Assembly: GCA_965219955.1 (NCBI GenBank)
Contig: OZ244799.1
Coordinates: 2,816,001 to 2,880,000, forward strand
DNA: 64,000 nucleotides
Origin: a bacterium
Lineage (GTDB): Bacteria; UBA8248
Direction: 5' to 3'
The position numbers and the translations under genes are program-made. A model generated the notes under the pieces. That model was given only the letters and a program-made list of their open reading frames with translations, searched no databases and was not told the DNA's origin. Below are positions 9,657 to 19,276 of the stretch, one piece after another (the first letter of the stretch is position 1; every line of letters starts with the position of its first letter).

Positions 9657-9790
9657 GGATGCGCAGGGGTTTTAATGAACCCGCTTTCATTTTGATTACC
9701 GGCCTGGCAGGAAGGATTTTCAAAAACCTCTTAACTGATATTATTACAGCATCTTACAGGAAAATCGGAACTGCTCGTGTTTCTAAGACG
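9657..9790 (+). repeat. Module-boundary element, copy 4 (most diverged, 21-22 bp shorter)
   Basis: GGATGCGCAGGGGTTTTAAT...TTTTGATTAC with 35-bp spacing; TCTAAGAC 88 bp after GATTAC versus 109-110 bp in the other copies. Confidence 0.6.
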
Positions 9791-9811
9791 AACAAAAGCG
9801 CACTGCCTCTT

Positions 9812-9839
9812 GTAGGGACAGGTCGCGACCTGTCCCTAC
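9812..9839. repeat. GTAG-type REP palindrome GTAGGGACAGGTCGCGACCTGTCCCTAC (also 11867-11894 and 61400-61427; variants near 11976-12042, 19839-19865, 20021, 20070, 21655-21713, 38932-38959)
   Basis: Near-identical intergenic palindromes with a GTAG foot. Confidence 0.85.
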
Positions 9840-9928
9840 GGACCCTCCCTCCCCGGCCAGCAACATACGCCGAATGACAAAATCAGGACTTCTTCAACAA
9901 CCCCGATTCGGTATGAAGTAGGGTAACC

Positions 9929-11782
9929 CTACGCTTTCGACTGCGCGGCGGCCTCCCTGATCCGCCCGAAATACGCCTTGGCGTCGTCGGGCAGGGAGGT
10001 GAAGCGAAGCATCAGCCGCCTCCCCTCCGCCTCCACGACCTTCGCGTAGATTTCGGACACGTCCGCCTCTTCCGCCACCCGCAGCATGAGGTTCGCGTTT
10101 CTCTCGAAGGGGGTTTCCGCCTCCACTTCTATGCAGTTCTCGGAAACCCGCCCGATGGCGGCGGCCACCACCTCATCGGACACCGTCTTGCCCTCTACAG
10201 CGAAAATCCGCGCGTCTATGGGCGAAGCGAGGTCGACGAACGCCTCGGGCGCGGTTTCCGGCATCTCGCACGCATAAGGCCCCGACATGCCCCGCACCTC
10301 GTAGACGCGAACCGGCTCCTCCAGCCCCTTGAAGCGCAGATCCTGGGTCTCACCCACCTGAACGAATTCCGCCATCTTCTGGTAAGTATCCATGCTGATG
10401 AGCACCTGCCCGCTCACGGTGTAGGACTCGATGCGGTAGGCCGTGTTGATGGCCGTGCCCATCGCGCCGTACTTGGTGCGTTTTTCCGAACCGATGTTGC
10501 CGACGATCACCTCGCCCGTGTTGATGGCGATTCCCATGTGAAGATCGGGCATGCCGCGCGCGCGCTGCTCCTCGTTGATCTCGACGAGGGCGCGCTGCAT
10601 CTCCACGGCGCAGGCCACCGCCCGGGCCGAGTCGTCGGGGGCGGCGAGCGGCGCCCCGAAGAACGCGAGAATCCCGTCTCCCTGGAACTCGTCCACCGTG
10701 CCCCTGTGTTTGGTGATGATCTCCACCATCGGCTCGAGGAAACGGTTCACGACATCGATGACTTCGCCCGGCTCAAGGCGCGAGGAGAGGGCGGTGAACC
10801 CCCTGAGATCCGATACCAGGAAGGTCACCTCGCGCACCTCGCCGCCGAGCTTGAGGCCGTCGGGCGAGTTCAGGAGCTCATCCACGATCTCCTTGCTGAT
10901 GTAGCGCCCGAAGGTGTCGCGGATGAAATCGCGCTGCTTCAATCCCTCGATCATGCCCTCGAACGAAGTGGCCAGACGGCCCACCTCGTCGTGGCTTCTC
11001 TTCTCGGGAACGGTGACGTCGAGGTTGCCCCGGCTCACCTCTTCCGCCGCGCTCGTCAGGTTCCTGATCAGGCGCAGCATCCGTGAGGAGATGAGCCAGA
11101 AGAGGATGAGGCCCAGGGCGACCAGGATGATTGTGAAGCGGAGCAGCTTGAAGGTGTTCGTCGCCACCTGCTCGGCCACGGGGTTCGCGAGCTTGTTGAG
11201 CACGAGGATGGCCACGACCTTGCCGCCCAGCTTGAGCGGCGTGTTGAGCTGCAGGAACTGGTCGAACTCGCGGTCCCCCACCTTTCCGCCGAAGAGCCGG
11301 GAGCGCATCATCTCGCCTTTGTTCCAGGTCTCGTTCGTGGCTTTGAAAGTGGCGGGAAATAACTGGTGCAAGTGGACGTCCTGACCAATCTGAAAGCTGT
11401 CGTGTCCGGCGGCGACGTATTCGTAGCTGCCGTTCGGCCGCCTGCGCATGATGATGGCGTTGTCCACGCCCGAGTTCCGCTTGATGCGCCGGAGCACGGC
11501 GAGCACTTCCCTGTACTCGGCAGTATTCTTGTCGGCGGGGATCCTCAGGCTGTGGACGGCTTCCGCGTCGATGAACGAGGTGGCGCGCTCGGCGATGAAC
11601 TCGAGTTTGGCCGAGAGCACGTTGAGCTCGTAGTTGTAGCTCGATTGATAGTAGCGATAGGACATCGGGACGATGGCGACGATGAGAATGATCAGGACGA
11701 GGATGAGGCTCTTGAAGACGATGGAACAGTAAAACCCCTGCTTGGCTGGAACTTCAGGCTCGACACTGCTGGATTGGGACAT
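9929..11782 (-). CDS. Membrane-bound class III adenylate/guanylate cyclase (2 TM, HAMP, C-terminal PilZ-like domain)
   Basis: HAMP (DEVGRLATSFEGM); SDLRGFT, EFQGDGILAFFGAP and GNIGSEKRTKYGAMGTAINTAYRIES motifs. Start moved to ATG 11782 because the longer ORF begins inside a REP. Confidence 0.92.
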   Translation of the reverse strand: MSQSSSVEPEVPAKQGFYCSIVFKSLILVLIILIVAIVPMSYRYYQSSYNYELNVLSAKLEFIAERATSFIDAEAVHSLRIPADKNTAEYREVLAVLRRIKRNSGVDNAIIMRRRPNGSYEYVAAGHDSFQIGQDVHLHQLFPATFKATNETWNKGEMMRSRLFGGKVGDREFDQFLQLNTPLKLGGKVVAILVLNKLANPVAEQVATNTFKLLRFTIILVALGLILFWLISSRMLRLIRNLTSAAEEVSRGNLDVTVPEKRSHDEVGRLATSFEGMIEGLKQRDFIRDTFGRYISKEIVDELLNSPDGLKLGGEVREVTFLVSDLRGFTALSSRLEPGEVIDVVNRFLEPMVEIITKHRGTVDEFQGDGILAFFGAPLAAPDDSARAVACAVEMQRALVEINEEQRARGMPDLHMGIAINTGEVIVGNIGSEKRTKYGAMGTAINTAYRIESYTVSGQVLISMDTYQKMAEFVQVGETQDLRFKGLEEPVRVYEVRGMSGPYACEMPETAPEAFVDLASPIDARIFAVEGKTVSDEVVAAAIGRVSENCIEVEAETPFERNANLMLRVAEEADVSEIYAKVVEAEGRRLMLRFTSLPDDAKAYFGRIREAAAQSKA

Positions 11783-12137
11783 GCTCACGCCTCCGGCGGC
11801 GGCTCCAGAGGCCAGTATACACCACACGCGCGGGGGGAAAAGCCGAAAACATGGGGGATATCCACCGTAGGGACAGGTCGCGACCTGTCCCTGCACCGCC
11901 CCCTTTTGCCTGTGCTCACATTCCGGCGCATTCCGGAATAACGAACCAGAGCATGGGCATAGACGGGATTACCCCGCAGGGACAACCCTCCGTGGTTGTC
12001 CTTTGTCGGGGCGTCAGGACAGGCACGGAGGCCTGTCCCTACAAAAACCGCTCCTCCCCGGTCGCCTCCTCGCCTTGAAAACCAACCCCCCTACCCCCCT
12101 TGTCAGGGCTTGTTGAAAAAGCCAGAGGAGAGAGGAA

Positions 12138-12323
12138 TCACTCCCCCCTTGAGGGTCTGGCTTCCCGAGGGGAAAGCCAGACGATGAAGCCGAGCGGTTT
12201 GTGCGAAGGCTGAATCGGTGGGGGGTGAATCGCGTTTTATCGCCACTCCGAATTATACCCCCCACCGAATCGCTTGCGGGCTTACGCCCTTAGCTCTTCG
12301 ACTCCCCCTCAAGGGGGGAGTGA
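12138..12323. repeat. MITE-like element with TCACTCCCCCCTTGAGGG terminal IR, copy 1
   Basis: Highly similar copies at 15403-15588 and 56480-56644. Confidence 0.85.
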
Positions 12324-12402
12324 TTCCTCTCTCGTCGGTTGGCAATGACCCTCAAGGGGGGAGAGCGCTTCTTCTCTACTCGGTCGGGTTCGACCCGTTC
12401 CT

Positions 12403-12513
12403 CCTCACCCTGAGTAGCCGCCGAAGGCGGCGTATCGAAGGGCGAGGGGAATCGAACGCCGGGCGAGAGGGCATCCTTCGATACGGCGCTTACGCGCCTA
12501 CTCAGGATGAGGG
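12403..12513. repeat. Palindromic repeat family CCTCACCCTGAGTAGCCGCCGAAGGCGGCGTATCGAAGG...CCTTCGATACG...CTACTCAGGATGAGG
   Basis: Further copies near 19474-19570 and 49338-49502. Confidence 0.8.
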
Positions 12514-12597
12514 GTGTCGGGGAACGGCGGAGCCTGTCCCGAGTCAAGTCGAGGGGCCGCTACTCAGGATGAGGCGCAAAGGCCTTTCCAACAACCC

Positions 12598-13614
12598 CTA
12601 CGCCGTGCGCTTTTTCCCCACGTAGTCGAGCAGGACGGCCAGGATGATGATCGCCCCCACGGCCAGCAGCTGCCAGTCGGCGGCGATGCCCAGGAGATTC
12701 AGGCCGTTTCGGATGCACGCGATGATGAGCGTGCCGATGACGGTGCCGATGACGCGCCCCTCGCCGCCGAGCAGCGAGGCGCCGCCGATGACGACCGCGG
12801 CGATGACGTCCATCAGGTCGAACATGCCCATGATGGCCTGGGCGGCCATGAGGCGCGAGGCCATCACCACGCCCGCGAGCGCGCCGCAGAAGGCGCTGAA
12901 CACGAGCACGAACAGCTTGACGGCGAAGACGTTCACGCCGGCGACGCGGGCGGCCTCCTTGTTGCCGCCGACGGCGTAGATATTCGTGCCCAGAACGGTG
13001 CGCGAGAGGATGAGGTGCGCGGCCAGGAAGACGACGCCCATGATGACGGCGGCCATGGGAAACGGGCCCAGGTAGCCCTGCCCGACGACGCTGAACGCCT
13101 CGGGCAGGCCGAAGATGGACTGTTCTCCCGTCAGGATGAGCGCGCCGCCGCGCGCGAGGCTGTCCATCGCCAGGGTGAGGATGAAGGCGGGAATCGCGAA
13201 CCAGCCCACGAAGACTCCGCTCACGGCGCCCAGAACCACTCCCAGGAGCAGCGTGGCGAGCACGGCAGGCACGATGGGCACGCCGTATTCCTTCAGCAGA
13301 AGCGCGACGACGACCGCGCCCATCGACTGGATGGAGGCCACCGAGAGGTCGATCTCCGCACAGATGATGACGAGCGTGAGGCCCGCCGCCATGATGCCGA
13401 TGTTCGATGACTGGAGCAGGATGTTCATCATGTTCGAGACGGTGAAGAAATTCTCCGCCGTGATGGAGAGAAAGACGATCAACAAGACGAGCGCGAGGTT
13501 CAAGCCGTATCTGGAAAAGCCGGACGCGACGAGGGAGGAGATGCTGTACCCCTCGCTCGCCTCGGCTTCGGCGGCCGAGCCACGCCCGGTATCCGTCTTC
13601 ACCTCATCGCTCAT
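12598..13614 (-). CDS. Monosaccharide (RbsC-like) ABC transporter permease
   Basis: EIDLSV, YAVGGNKEAARVAGV, IAAVVIGGASLLGGEG motifs. Confidence 0.93.
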   Translation of the reverse strand: MSDEVKTDTGRGSAAEAEASEGYSISSLVASGFSRYGLNLALVLLIVFLSITAENFFTVSNMMNILLQSSNIGIMAAGLTLVIICAEIDLSVASIQSMGAVVVALLLKEYGVPIVPAVLATLLLGVVLGAVSGVFVGWFAIPAFILTLAMDSLARGGALILTGEQSIFGLPEAFSVVGQGYLGPFPMAAVIMGVVFLAAHLILSRTVLGTNIYAVGGNKEAARVAGVNVFAVKLFVLVFSAFCGALAGVVMASRLMAAQAIMGMFDLMDVIAAVVIGGASLLGGEGRVIGTVIGTLIIACIRNGLNLLGIAADWQLLAVGAIIILAVLLDYVGKKRTA

Positions 13615-13642
13615 CGTCTCCTCCCTTACTGCACCATCTTGC

Positions 13643-15229
13643 TTACGCCGCCGTGCCCGTCGCGTAGCGCATGATGGTTTCCGCGTCGGCGTCTTCTCTT
13701 GGAACCTCGCCGGTGATGCGGCCCTCGTTCATCACGATGATCCGGCTGCAGATCGCCGTGACCTCGGGCAGTTCCGAGGATATCACGATAATCGCCACCC
13801 CGAGTTGCGCGAGTTCCTCGAGGATGCGGTAAATCTCCACCTTGGCGCCCGCGTCGACGCCCTTGGTCGGCTCGTCGAGGATGACGATGCGCGCGCCCGT
13901 GGATATCCCCCGCGCGAGGAGCACCTTCTGCTGGTTCCCACCGCTGAGCTGGGCGATCTGATCCGTGAGGGAAGCCACCTTGATGCTCAGCCGTTCCACG
14001 TAATCGCGCGAGAGGCCATCCGCACCCGAACCGTTGACCCAGCCGAGCAGGCGCGTGAGCCTTCGGGAGCGGCTCTCCCTGCCGAAGTTGAACAGGGTGA
14101 TCAGCAGGTTCTCCAGCACCGAGAGGAGCGGGAACACGCCCTGGTTCTTGCGGTCTTCGGTCAGGAAAGACAGCCCGTGGCGTATGGCGTCGCGGGGTTT
14201 TTTGATTCTCACCTGCTCGCCGTCGATGAACACCTCGCCGCCGTCCAGCCTGTCGAGACCGAACAGCGCGCGGAACAGTTCCGTCCTTCCCGCGCCCACC
14301 AATCCCGCAAAACCGAGGATCTCGCCCCTCTTCACCTTGAAGCTCACGTCGCTGAACACGCCTTGCGTCGTAAAATTCCGGACTTCCAGAACCTCCCCGC
14401 CCACCTTTCCCGAAATCCTGGGGTAGCGCTCGCTGAAGGTGCGCCCCGTCATCATGCGGATCAGGGTGTCGACCTCGGTGTTCTCGGCGCCGATGGTCCC
14501 GACGTGGCGCCCGTCGCGCAGGACGGAAATGCGATCGCCGATCGCGAGGCAGTCCTCCAGCGTATGGGAGACGTAGACGACCCCGATGCCGCGCGCCGTC
14601 AGGCGCTCGATGACCTCGAAGAGCGCTTCCTTCTCCCCGGGACCCAGGGACGAGGTGGGCTCGTCCATCAGGATGACCTTGGCGTCGAAGGCCACCGCCT
14701 TGGCGATCTCGAGAAACTGCATGTCCGAGAGACTCAAACCCAAGACTTGGGCGTTGGGGTCGATATCCAGCTTAAGTTCGGTGAAAATCTCGCGGCAGCG
14801 CCGCTCCATCGCCGCCTCGTCGCGCACGCCCAGCCGCCCGAGCCATCTGTTCCTGCTCCTCATATCGCGGCCCAGGAAGAGGTTGCTCTTGACGTCCATC
14901 AGCCGCACGAGGCTCAACTCCTGATGGATCACGCTGATGCCGAGTTCGCGCGTGAGCGCGGGGGAGCACCTCTCGATCACCTCTCCCTCGAACTCCATGC
15001 GCCCCGAGTCTTTTTCGACGACGCCCGAGATGATCTTGATCATCGTCGACTTGCCGGCTCCGTTCTCGCCCAGCAGCACGTGGACCTCTCCGGGCCGCAC
15101 GCTGAAGTCCACCTCGTCGAGCGCCACGACGCCCGGAAACCGCTTGCCGATGCCGCGCATGTCGAGGATGAGGCGCTCACCCGCGCCGTCTGTGCGGGAT
15201 TCGGCTGGATGGGAGGGGGATGACGTCAT
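13643..15229 (-). CDS. Sugar ABC transporter ATP-binding protein (RbsA-like, two ABC domains)
   Basis: GENGAGKST, DEPT, LSGGNQQKV, DEPTKGVD. Confidence 0.95.
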   Translation of the reverse strand: MTSSPSHPAESRTDGAGERLILDMRGIGKRFPGVVALDEVDFSVRPGEVHVLLGENGAGKSTMIKIISGVVEKDSGRMEFEGEVIERCSPALTRELGISVIHQELSLVRLMDVKSNLFLGRDMRSRNRWLGRLGVRDEAAMERRCREIFTELKLDIDPNAQVLGLSLSDMQFLEIAKAVAFDAKVILMDEPTSSLGPGEKEALFEVIERLTARGIGVVYVSHTLEDCLAIGDRISVLRDGRHVGTIGAENTEVDTLIRMMTGRTFSERYPRISGKVGGEVLEVRNFTTQGVFSDVSFKVKRGEILGFAGLVGAGRTELFRALFGLDRLDGGEVFIDGEQVRIKKPRDAIRHGLSFLTEDRKNQGVFPLLSVLENLLITLFNFGRESRSRRLTRLLGWVNGSGADGLSRDYVERLSIKVASLTDQIAQLSGGNQQKVLLARGISTGARIVILDEPTKGVDAGAKVEIYRILEELAQLGVAIIVISSELPEVTAICSRIIVMNEGRITGEVPREDADAETIMRYATGTAA

Positions 15230-15345
15230 GGGCGAGTCTTCCAGTTGGAGCAGTCGGAGGATCGGGGGTCTGTGGAAAAACCCGGCACACGACCCCTACG
15301 AAGTCGCTTTACACAAATGAGAACACCAAAATCACTCCCCCCTTG

Positions 15346-15655
15346 AGGGTCTGTTGAAAAAGTCCCGTGGAGCGATTTTGGTTGAGCGCACGCTTTTGAA
15401 GTTCACTCCCCCCTTGAGGGTCTGGCTTCCCGAGGGGAAAGCCAGACGAAGAGCTGAGGGCGTAAGCCCGAAAGCGATTCGGTGGGGGGTATAATCCGGA
15501 ATGGCAATAAAACGCATTTTACCCCCCACCGATTCAGCCTTCGCACAAACCGCTCGGCTTCATCGACTCCCCCTCAAGGGGGGAGTGATTTTTCTCTCTC
15601 GTCGGTCGGTTACATACGAAAAATCCAGAGTTCCGGGCTTTTTCAACAACCCCCT
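15346..15655. mobile_element. Composite TIR-shell element containing MITE copy 2 (15403-15588)
   Basis: AGGGTCTGTTGAAAAAG ... CTTTTTCAACAACCCCCT. Confidence 0.65.
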
Positions 15656-15721
15656 CAAGCGGTGCTGCGCTCGCCGGGTTCGCCGCGGCCTTGAGCGCGA
15701 GAACATCCTCCCCGCTCGCCG

Positions 15722-16927
15722 CTATATCTCCAGCGGCTCTTTGGGAAAGGACGTAAAGGAGACGCCGCCGTCTTTCGTGACGTGCACCATGTCCTCGTTG
15801 CCGAACAGGTAGGTGTTGTCGACGGCGATGCGCGGCTCGACGGCGAGCACCATATGTTCCTCAAGGGGGATCTTCTCGATGCCCATGTCGGGGCGCTCGT
15901 GGATGTCCCACCCCAGGCCGTGGCCCAGGAACCTGTCCCACAAATCGAACCCGGCGTCGCGGGCCATCGCCTCGGCCGTGTCGACGAGCCTGCTCGCGAT
16001 AACGCCCGGCTTCGCCTCCTCAATGACCGTCCGCTGAATCTCGAGAATCGTCTCGTAGGCGCGCCGGTGGGTATCCGTCACCGGCCCCATGGCGCGCGTG
16101 CGCGAGGAGTCGACCGGATAGCCCTCGAACCTCATGCAGATGTCCCAGTGCACGACGTTGCCGCGCTCGATGGCCTTGCCCGGGCTGGGCATGTGCAAGA
16201 GCGCGCCCGCCACCGGATAGCCGCTGCAGATCAGGCTGGGCGAACTGCTGCACGAATCCTCGTAAATCGGGTCCGCCGAGCGCATCGCGTGCTCGGCGGC
16301 GCGGATGAGTTCGAGTTCGGTCGTGCCGACGCCCTCCTCACCCAGGATGGCGGCGACGGTCTCATGTCCCAGATCCGCCACGCGGCCCGCCTTGCGCATC
16401 ATCTCCAGGTCGAAATCGCTCTTCACCATCCGGAGTTCCTCCACGATGGTCGAGCGCACGATTTCGAGATCGGGGAACGTCTCCCTCATTCCGGCGTAGA
16501 GCGGGGCCGGGAACTTGTCGAACGTCTCGACGCCGACGCGCTTCACGTCGCCCGCCTCGCGGATGAGTTTTTCGAGATTCTCGACGGAGAGGCCGTCGCC
16601 CTTTTTCGCCGAAAACCCCTCCCCCGCCACGATGCGCGGGACGCACACCTCGCGCGTCGGCATGAGGCCCGGATCGACCATGAGCGCGGGATCGTCGGTT
16701 TGCGTGATGAAGGCCGCGCCCCCGTCGACGATGGAGGTCTCCGTGGACGTCAAGCTGATCCAGCCCGCCCGGTCGGGAAAGTAGTCGGTGAGATAGCGCA
16801 GGCTGCCGGAGAGCTTGTTGTTGCCGTAGACGATCAGGGCGTCGTATTCGCGCTCCGCCATCAGCCGCCGGGTGTTCGCCAGCCGCCGGTCGATTTCGGC
16901 CTGGAGCACGTCGCGTGGAATGGGCAT
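15722..16927 (-). CDS. M24-family (Xaa-Pro peptidase/creatinase-like) hydrolase
   Basis: Creatinase-like N-terminal domain; ligands WD...VDSSRT, GHGLG..IHE, VEP, NED. Confidence 0.9.
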   Translation of the reverse strand: MPIPRDVLQAEIDRRLANTRRLMAEREYDALIVYGNNKLSGSLRYLTDYFPDRAGWISLTSTETSIVDGGAAFITQTDDPALMVDPGLMPTREVCVPRIVAGEGFSAKKGDGLSVENLEKLIREAGDVKRVGVETFDKFPAPLYAGMRETFPDLEIVRSTIVEELRMVKSDFDLEMMRKAGRVADLGHETVAAILGEEGVGTTELELIRAAEHAMRSADPIYEDSCSSSPSLICSGYPVAGALLHMPSPGKAIERGNVVHWDICMRFEGYPVDSSRTRAMGPVTDTHRRAYETILEIQRTVIEEAKPGVIASRLVDTAEAMARDAGFDLWDRFLGHGLGWDIHERPDMGIEKIPLEEHMVLAVEPRIAVDNTYLFGNEDMVHVTKDGGVSFTSFPKEPLEI

Positions 16928-17008
16928 GTCCGTCCCCTCGGGCGAGGACGCGCGGGGAGACGGGAGGTCGATACCCCCGCCTCCCCGCGCGGCGCCGCGT
17001 TTGAACTC

Positions 17009-17959
17009 TTACTTGATGCCGGCCTTGAGGTTCTTTCCGACCGCCTGGAGCAGTCTCGTGTCGAGCGGAATCGTGCCGGTGTCGATCGTGTACTTGGACT
17101 TGTCGTCCTTGTCCATCGCCACGTCGACGCCCGTGCGCACGAGCTGCTTGCCCACGGAGTCGCAGAAAGTCAGCACGGTCGCCAGCATGTTGCCGCGGTA
17201 CACTTCCTGCATCGCCTCCTCGACGCCGTTGAAGCCCGTGACGATGATCTTGCCGAGCTTGCCGCGCGCCTTGACGGCCTGCAGCGCGCCCAGGGCCATG
17301 TCGTCGTTCACGGCGACGATGGCCGAGATGTCGGGATGCGCCGTCAGGATGTCCTCAGCCTTCTTGAGTCCCTGCGCGCGGTCCCAGTTGGCCGCCCAGA
17401 CGCCGACCACCTTGATGCCCTTGTACTTGGCCAGCGTGTCCCTGGCGCCCCTTTTCCGCAGGATGCTGGACATGTTGCCCGGCACGCCTTCCATGAGCGC
17501 GACCTTGCCCTTGCCGCCCAGCTCCTCGGCGACGGCTTTGGCGACCGCGGACTGCCCGTAGTACTGATCCGGCCCGACGAAGTGCCGCGCCACCTGCTTG
17601 GCCAGATCGTCGGAATGGATGAGCACGCGGATGCCGCTTTTCTGCACTTTCTTGACCGTCTGCACCATCGCGTTGGGGTCGATGGCGCTGAAGGCGAGCA
17701 CGTGCACGCGCTTCTGGATCAAGTCGTCGATCATCTTCGTCACGCCGATCAAGTCGGTGCCCAGGGCGCCGCTCAATACCGTGAGCTTGACGTTGGGATG
17801 ATTCTTGGCCTCCGCCTCGGCGGAACGCTTGAGACACGCGAAATACGGGTTCCCCAGCGTTTCCACCACGATGCCGATCTTGATGTCCTTCGCGAACGCG
17901 GGCGACGTGAACCCGGCGAACGCCAATGCCACGATAACGATGCCAATCATGCGCTTCAT
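17009..17959 (-). CDS. Sugar ABC transporter periplasmic binding protein
   Basis: Signal peptide; NPYF, ANWDR, NDDMALGA, GFNG motifs of the RbsB fold. Confidence 0.93.
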   Translation of the reverse strand: MKRMIGIVIVALAFAGFTSPAFAKDIKIGIVVETLGNPYFACLKRSAEAEAKNHPNVKLTVLSGALGTDLIGVTKMIDDLIQKRVHVLAFSAIDPNAMVQTVKKVQKSGIRVLIHSDDLAKQVARHFVGPDQYYGQSAVAKAVAEELGGKGKVALMEGVPGNMSSILRKRGARDTLAKYKGIKVVGVWAANWDRAQGLKKAEDILTAHPDISAIVAVNDDMALGALQAVKARGKLGKIIVTGFNGVEEAMQEVYRGNMLATVLTFCDSVGKQLVRTGVDVAMDKDDKSKYTIDTGTIPLDTRLLQAVGKNLKAGIK

Positions 17960-18142
17960 AGACTTTCCCTCCCCGGTTGGATCTATGGCCCAGTGTGCAA
18001 TCGTATTCTCTGAAATGTGGTGATGGGAAAATCATCACACACAGGTCTCGGCCCGTCAAGAAAGGAGACCGGCGACTGCCCGGAAGCACCGGCGTGCGAC
18101 GAAGTTTCAATCCGGAGCATCCGCCTCGATGGATTTATTTCC

Positions 18143-19276
18143 CTAAAGCAGGCTCACCACCCGCTCCAGTTCTTCTTCGGTATTGTAGAAATGCGGCGCG
18201 AAGCGAAGACCATTGTTGCGCGCGCTGGCGATGATTCTCTTCTCGCGCAGGCGCGCCGCCGCCTTGGGCGGGTCGGGCGACTCGATGCTCACGATGGCGG
18301 CGCGCTCCTCCCAGGGTCGAGGCGTCAGAATCTTCTCTCCCCGCCTCTCCAGCAGTTCCATCAAGTATGTCGTCAACCCCCGCACGCGCTCCTCGACCTG
18401 ATCGAGACCCACCCCGGCCAGGAACTCGACCGAGCGGCCGAGCACCCACAGTCCCAGGTAGTTTTGATTCCCGATCTCGAAGCGGCCGGCGTCCGGGATC
18501 AGTTCGACCTCCATCCGGGGGCGCGCTTCAGGCACCATGCTGGCGCGGGCGAAGAAAGGGGGCGTCATCCCGGGAATCAGGTCTTCGCGGCAATAGAGAA
18601 AACCCGTGCCCGGCAGGCCGAGCAATCCCTTGTGGCCGCCGCAGACCACGATGTCCGCCCCGAGGGCCGGCAGCGACGCCGAGAGTATCCCGACCCCCTG
18701 AATCGCGTCCGTCATCAAGACGACACCGCGCTCTCGGCAGGCCGCGCCCAGGGCGGGCAGGTCCACCCGGCAGCCGGTGCCGAAAGTCACGTAGGAGACC
18801 GCCACGACGCGCGTTCTCCCGTCCATCGCCTCGACGAACGCCTCCACGGGGGGATAGCCGTCCCGGCTTCGCACCCACCGCAATTCGACACCTCTATCCT
18901 CCAGGCGCTTCCAGGCGTACACCTGGTTCGGGTGGTCCATTTCCGCCTGGATGACGTTGTCCCCCGCCTTGAGATCGAGCGCCTGCGCGGCGATGTTCAT
19001 GCCCTCCGACGTATTCTTGATGAACGCGATCGTCCCCGGCGCGACGCCCAGCAGCGAAGCCAGCGAGGCGCGAACCTCCTCCACGCGGCGCTTGGAGAAG
19101 GCTTCCCGGACGCCGAGTTCGTTCATCTCCCGCAGGAAATCGGGGATGGCGTCCTGGGCGCACTGGGGAAGGGGCGCCTTGTTGGCGAGGTCGAGATAGG
19201 TCCAGTTCCGGGTGACGGGAAACGCATCCCGCAGCGCCGCAAAATCAGGAGCAACCGCCCCCTGTTGTTCGTTCAT
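18143..19276 (-). CDS. Aminotransferase class V PLP-dependent enzyme
   Basis: YLDLA, DAIQGVG, GHKGLLG (PLP Lys), RFEIGN, RFAPHFYN; no desulfurase Cys loop. Confidence 0.9.
   Translation of the reverse strand: MNEQQGAVAPDFAALRDAFPVTRNWTYLDLANKAPLPQCAQDAIPDFLREMNELGVREAFSKRRVEEVRASLASLLGVAPGTIAFIKNTSEGMNIAAQALDLKAGDNVIQAEMDHPNQVYAWKRLEDRGVELRWVRSRDGYPPVEAFVEAMDGRTRVVAVSYVTFGTGCRVDLPALGAACRERGVVLMTDAIQGVGILSASLPALGADIVVCGGHKGLLGLPGTGFLYCREDLIPGMTPPFFARASMVPEARPRMEVELIPDAGRFEIGNQNYLGLWVLGRSVEFLAGVGLDQVEERVRGLTTYLMELLERRGEKILTPRPWEERAAIVSIESPDPPKAAARLREKRIIASARNNGLRFAPHFYNTEEELERVVSLL

Larger units (their letters stand above)
12105..12598. mobile_element. Non-autonomous composite element: AGGGnYTGTTGAAAAA / TTTTYCAACAACCCC termini enclosing REP/MITE cargo
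   Basis: Same terminal inverted repeats at 15346-15655, 21594-21760, 36121-36449, 49280-49526 and 56419-56740. Confidence 0.65.

Noticed and set aside
57-9790. Boundary element as integron attC, Xer pdif or IS91/ISCR oriIS
   Set aside because: No RYYYAAC/GTTRRRY pairing, no XerC/XerD arms, only weak likeness to oriIS, and no cognate enzyme in the window.
11860-12600. CRISPR array in the repeat-dense intergenic regions
   Set aside because: The repeats are inverted and heterogeneous, without regular repeat-spacer periodicity, and there are no cas genes.
13115-18013. Long antisense ORFs (13115-15223, 15782-18013; likewise 25993-27624, 27634-29118, 61424-63685)
   Set aside because: Shadow frames of high-GC genes on the opposite strand, with no recognisable motifs.
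18143-19276. Cysteine desulfurase or selenocysteine lyase linked to the selenoproteins
   Set aside because: The catalytic Cys loop is missing (ASARNNGLR), so only a generic class V enzyme is supported.
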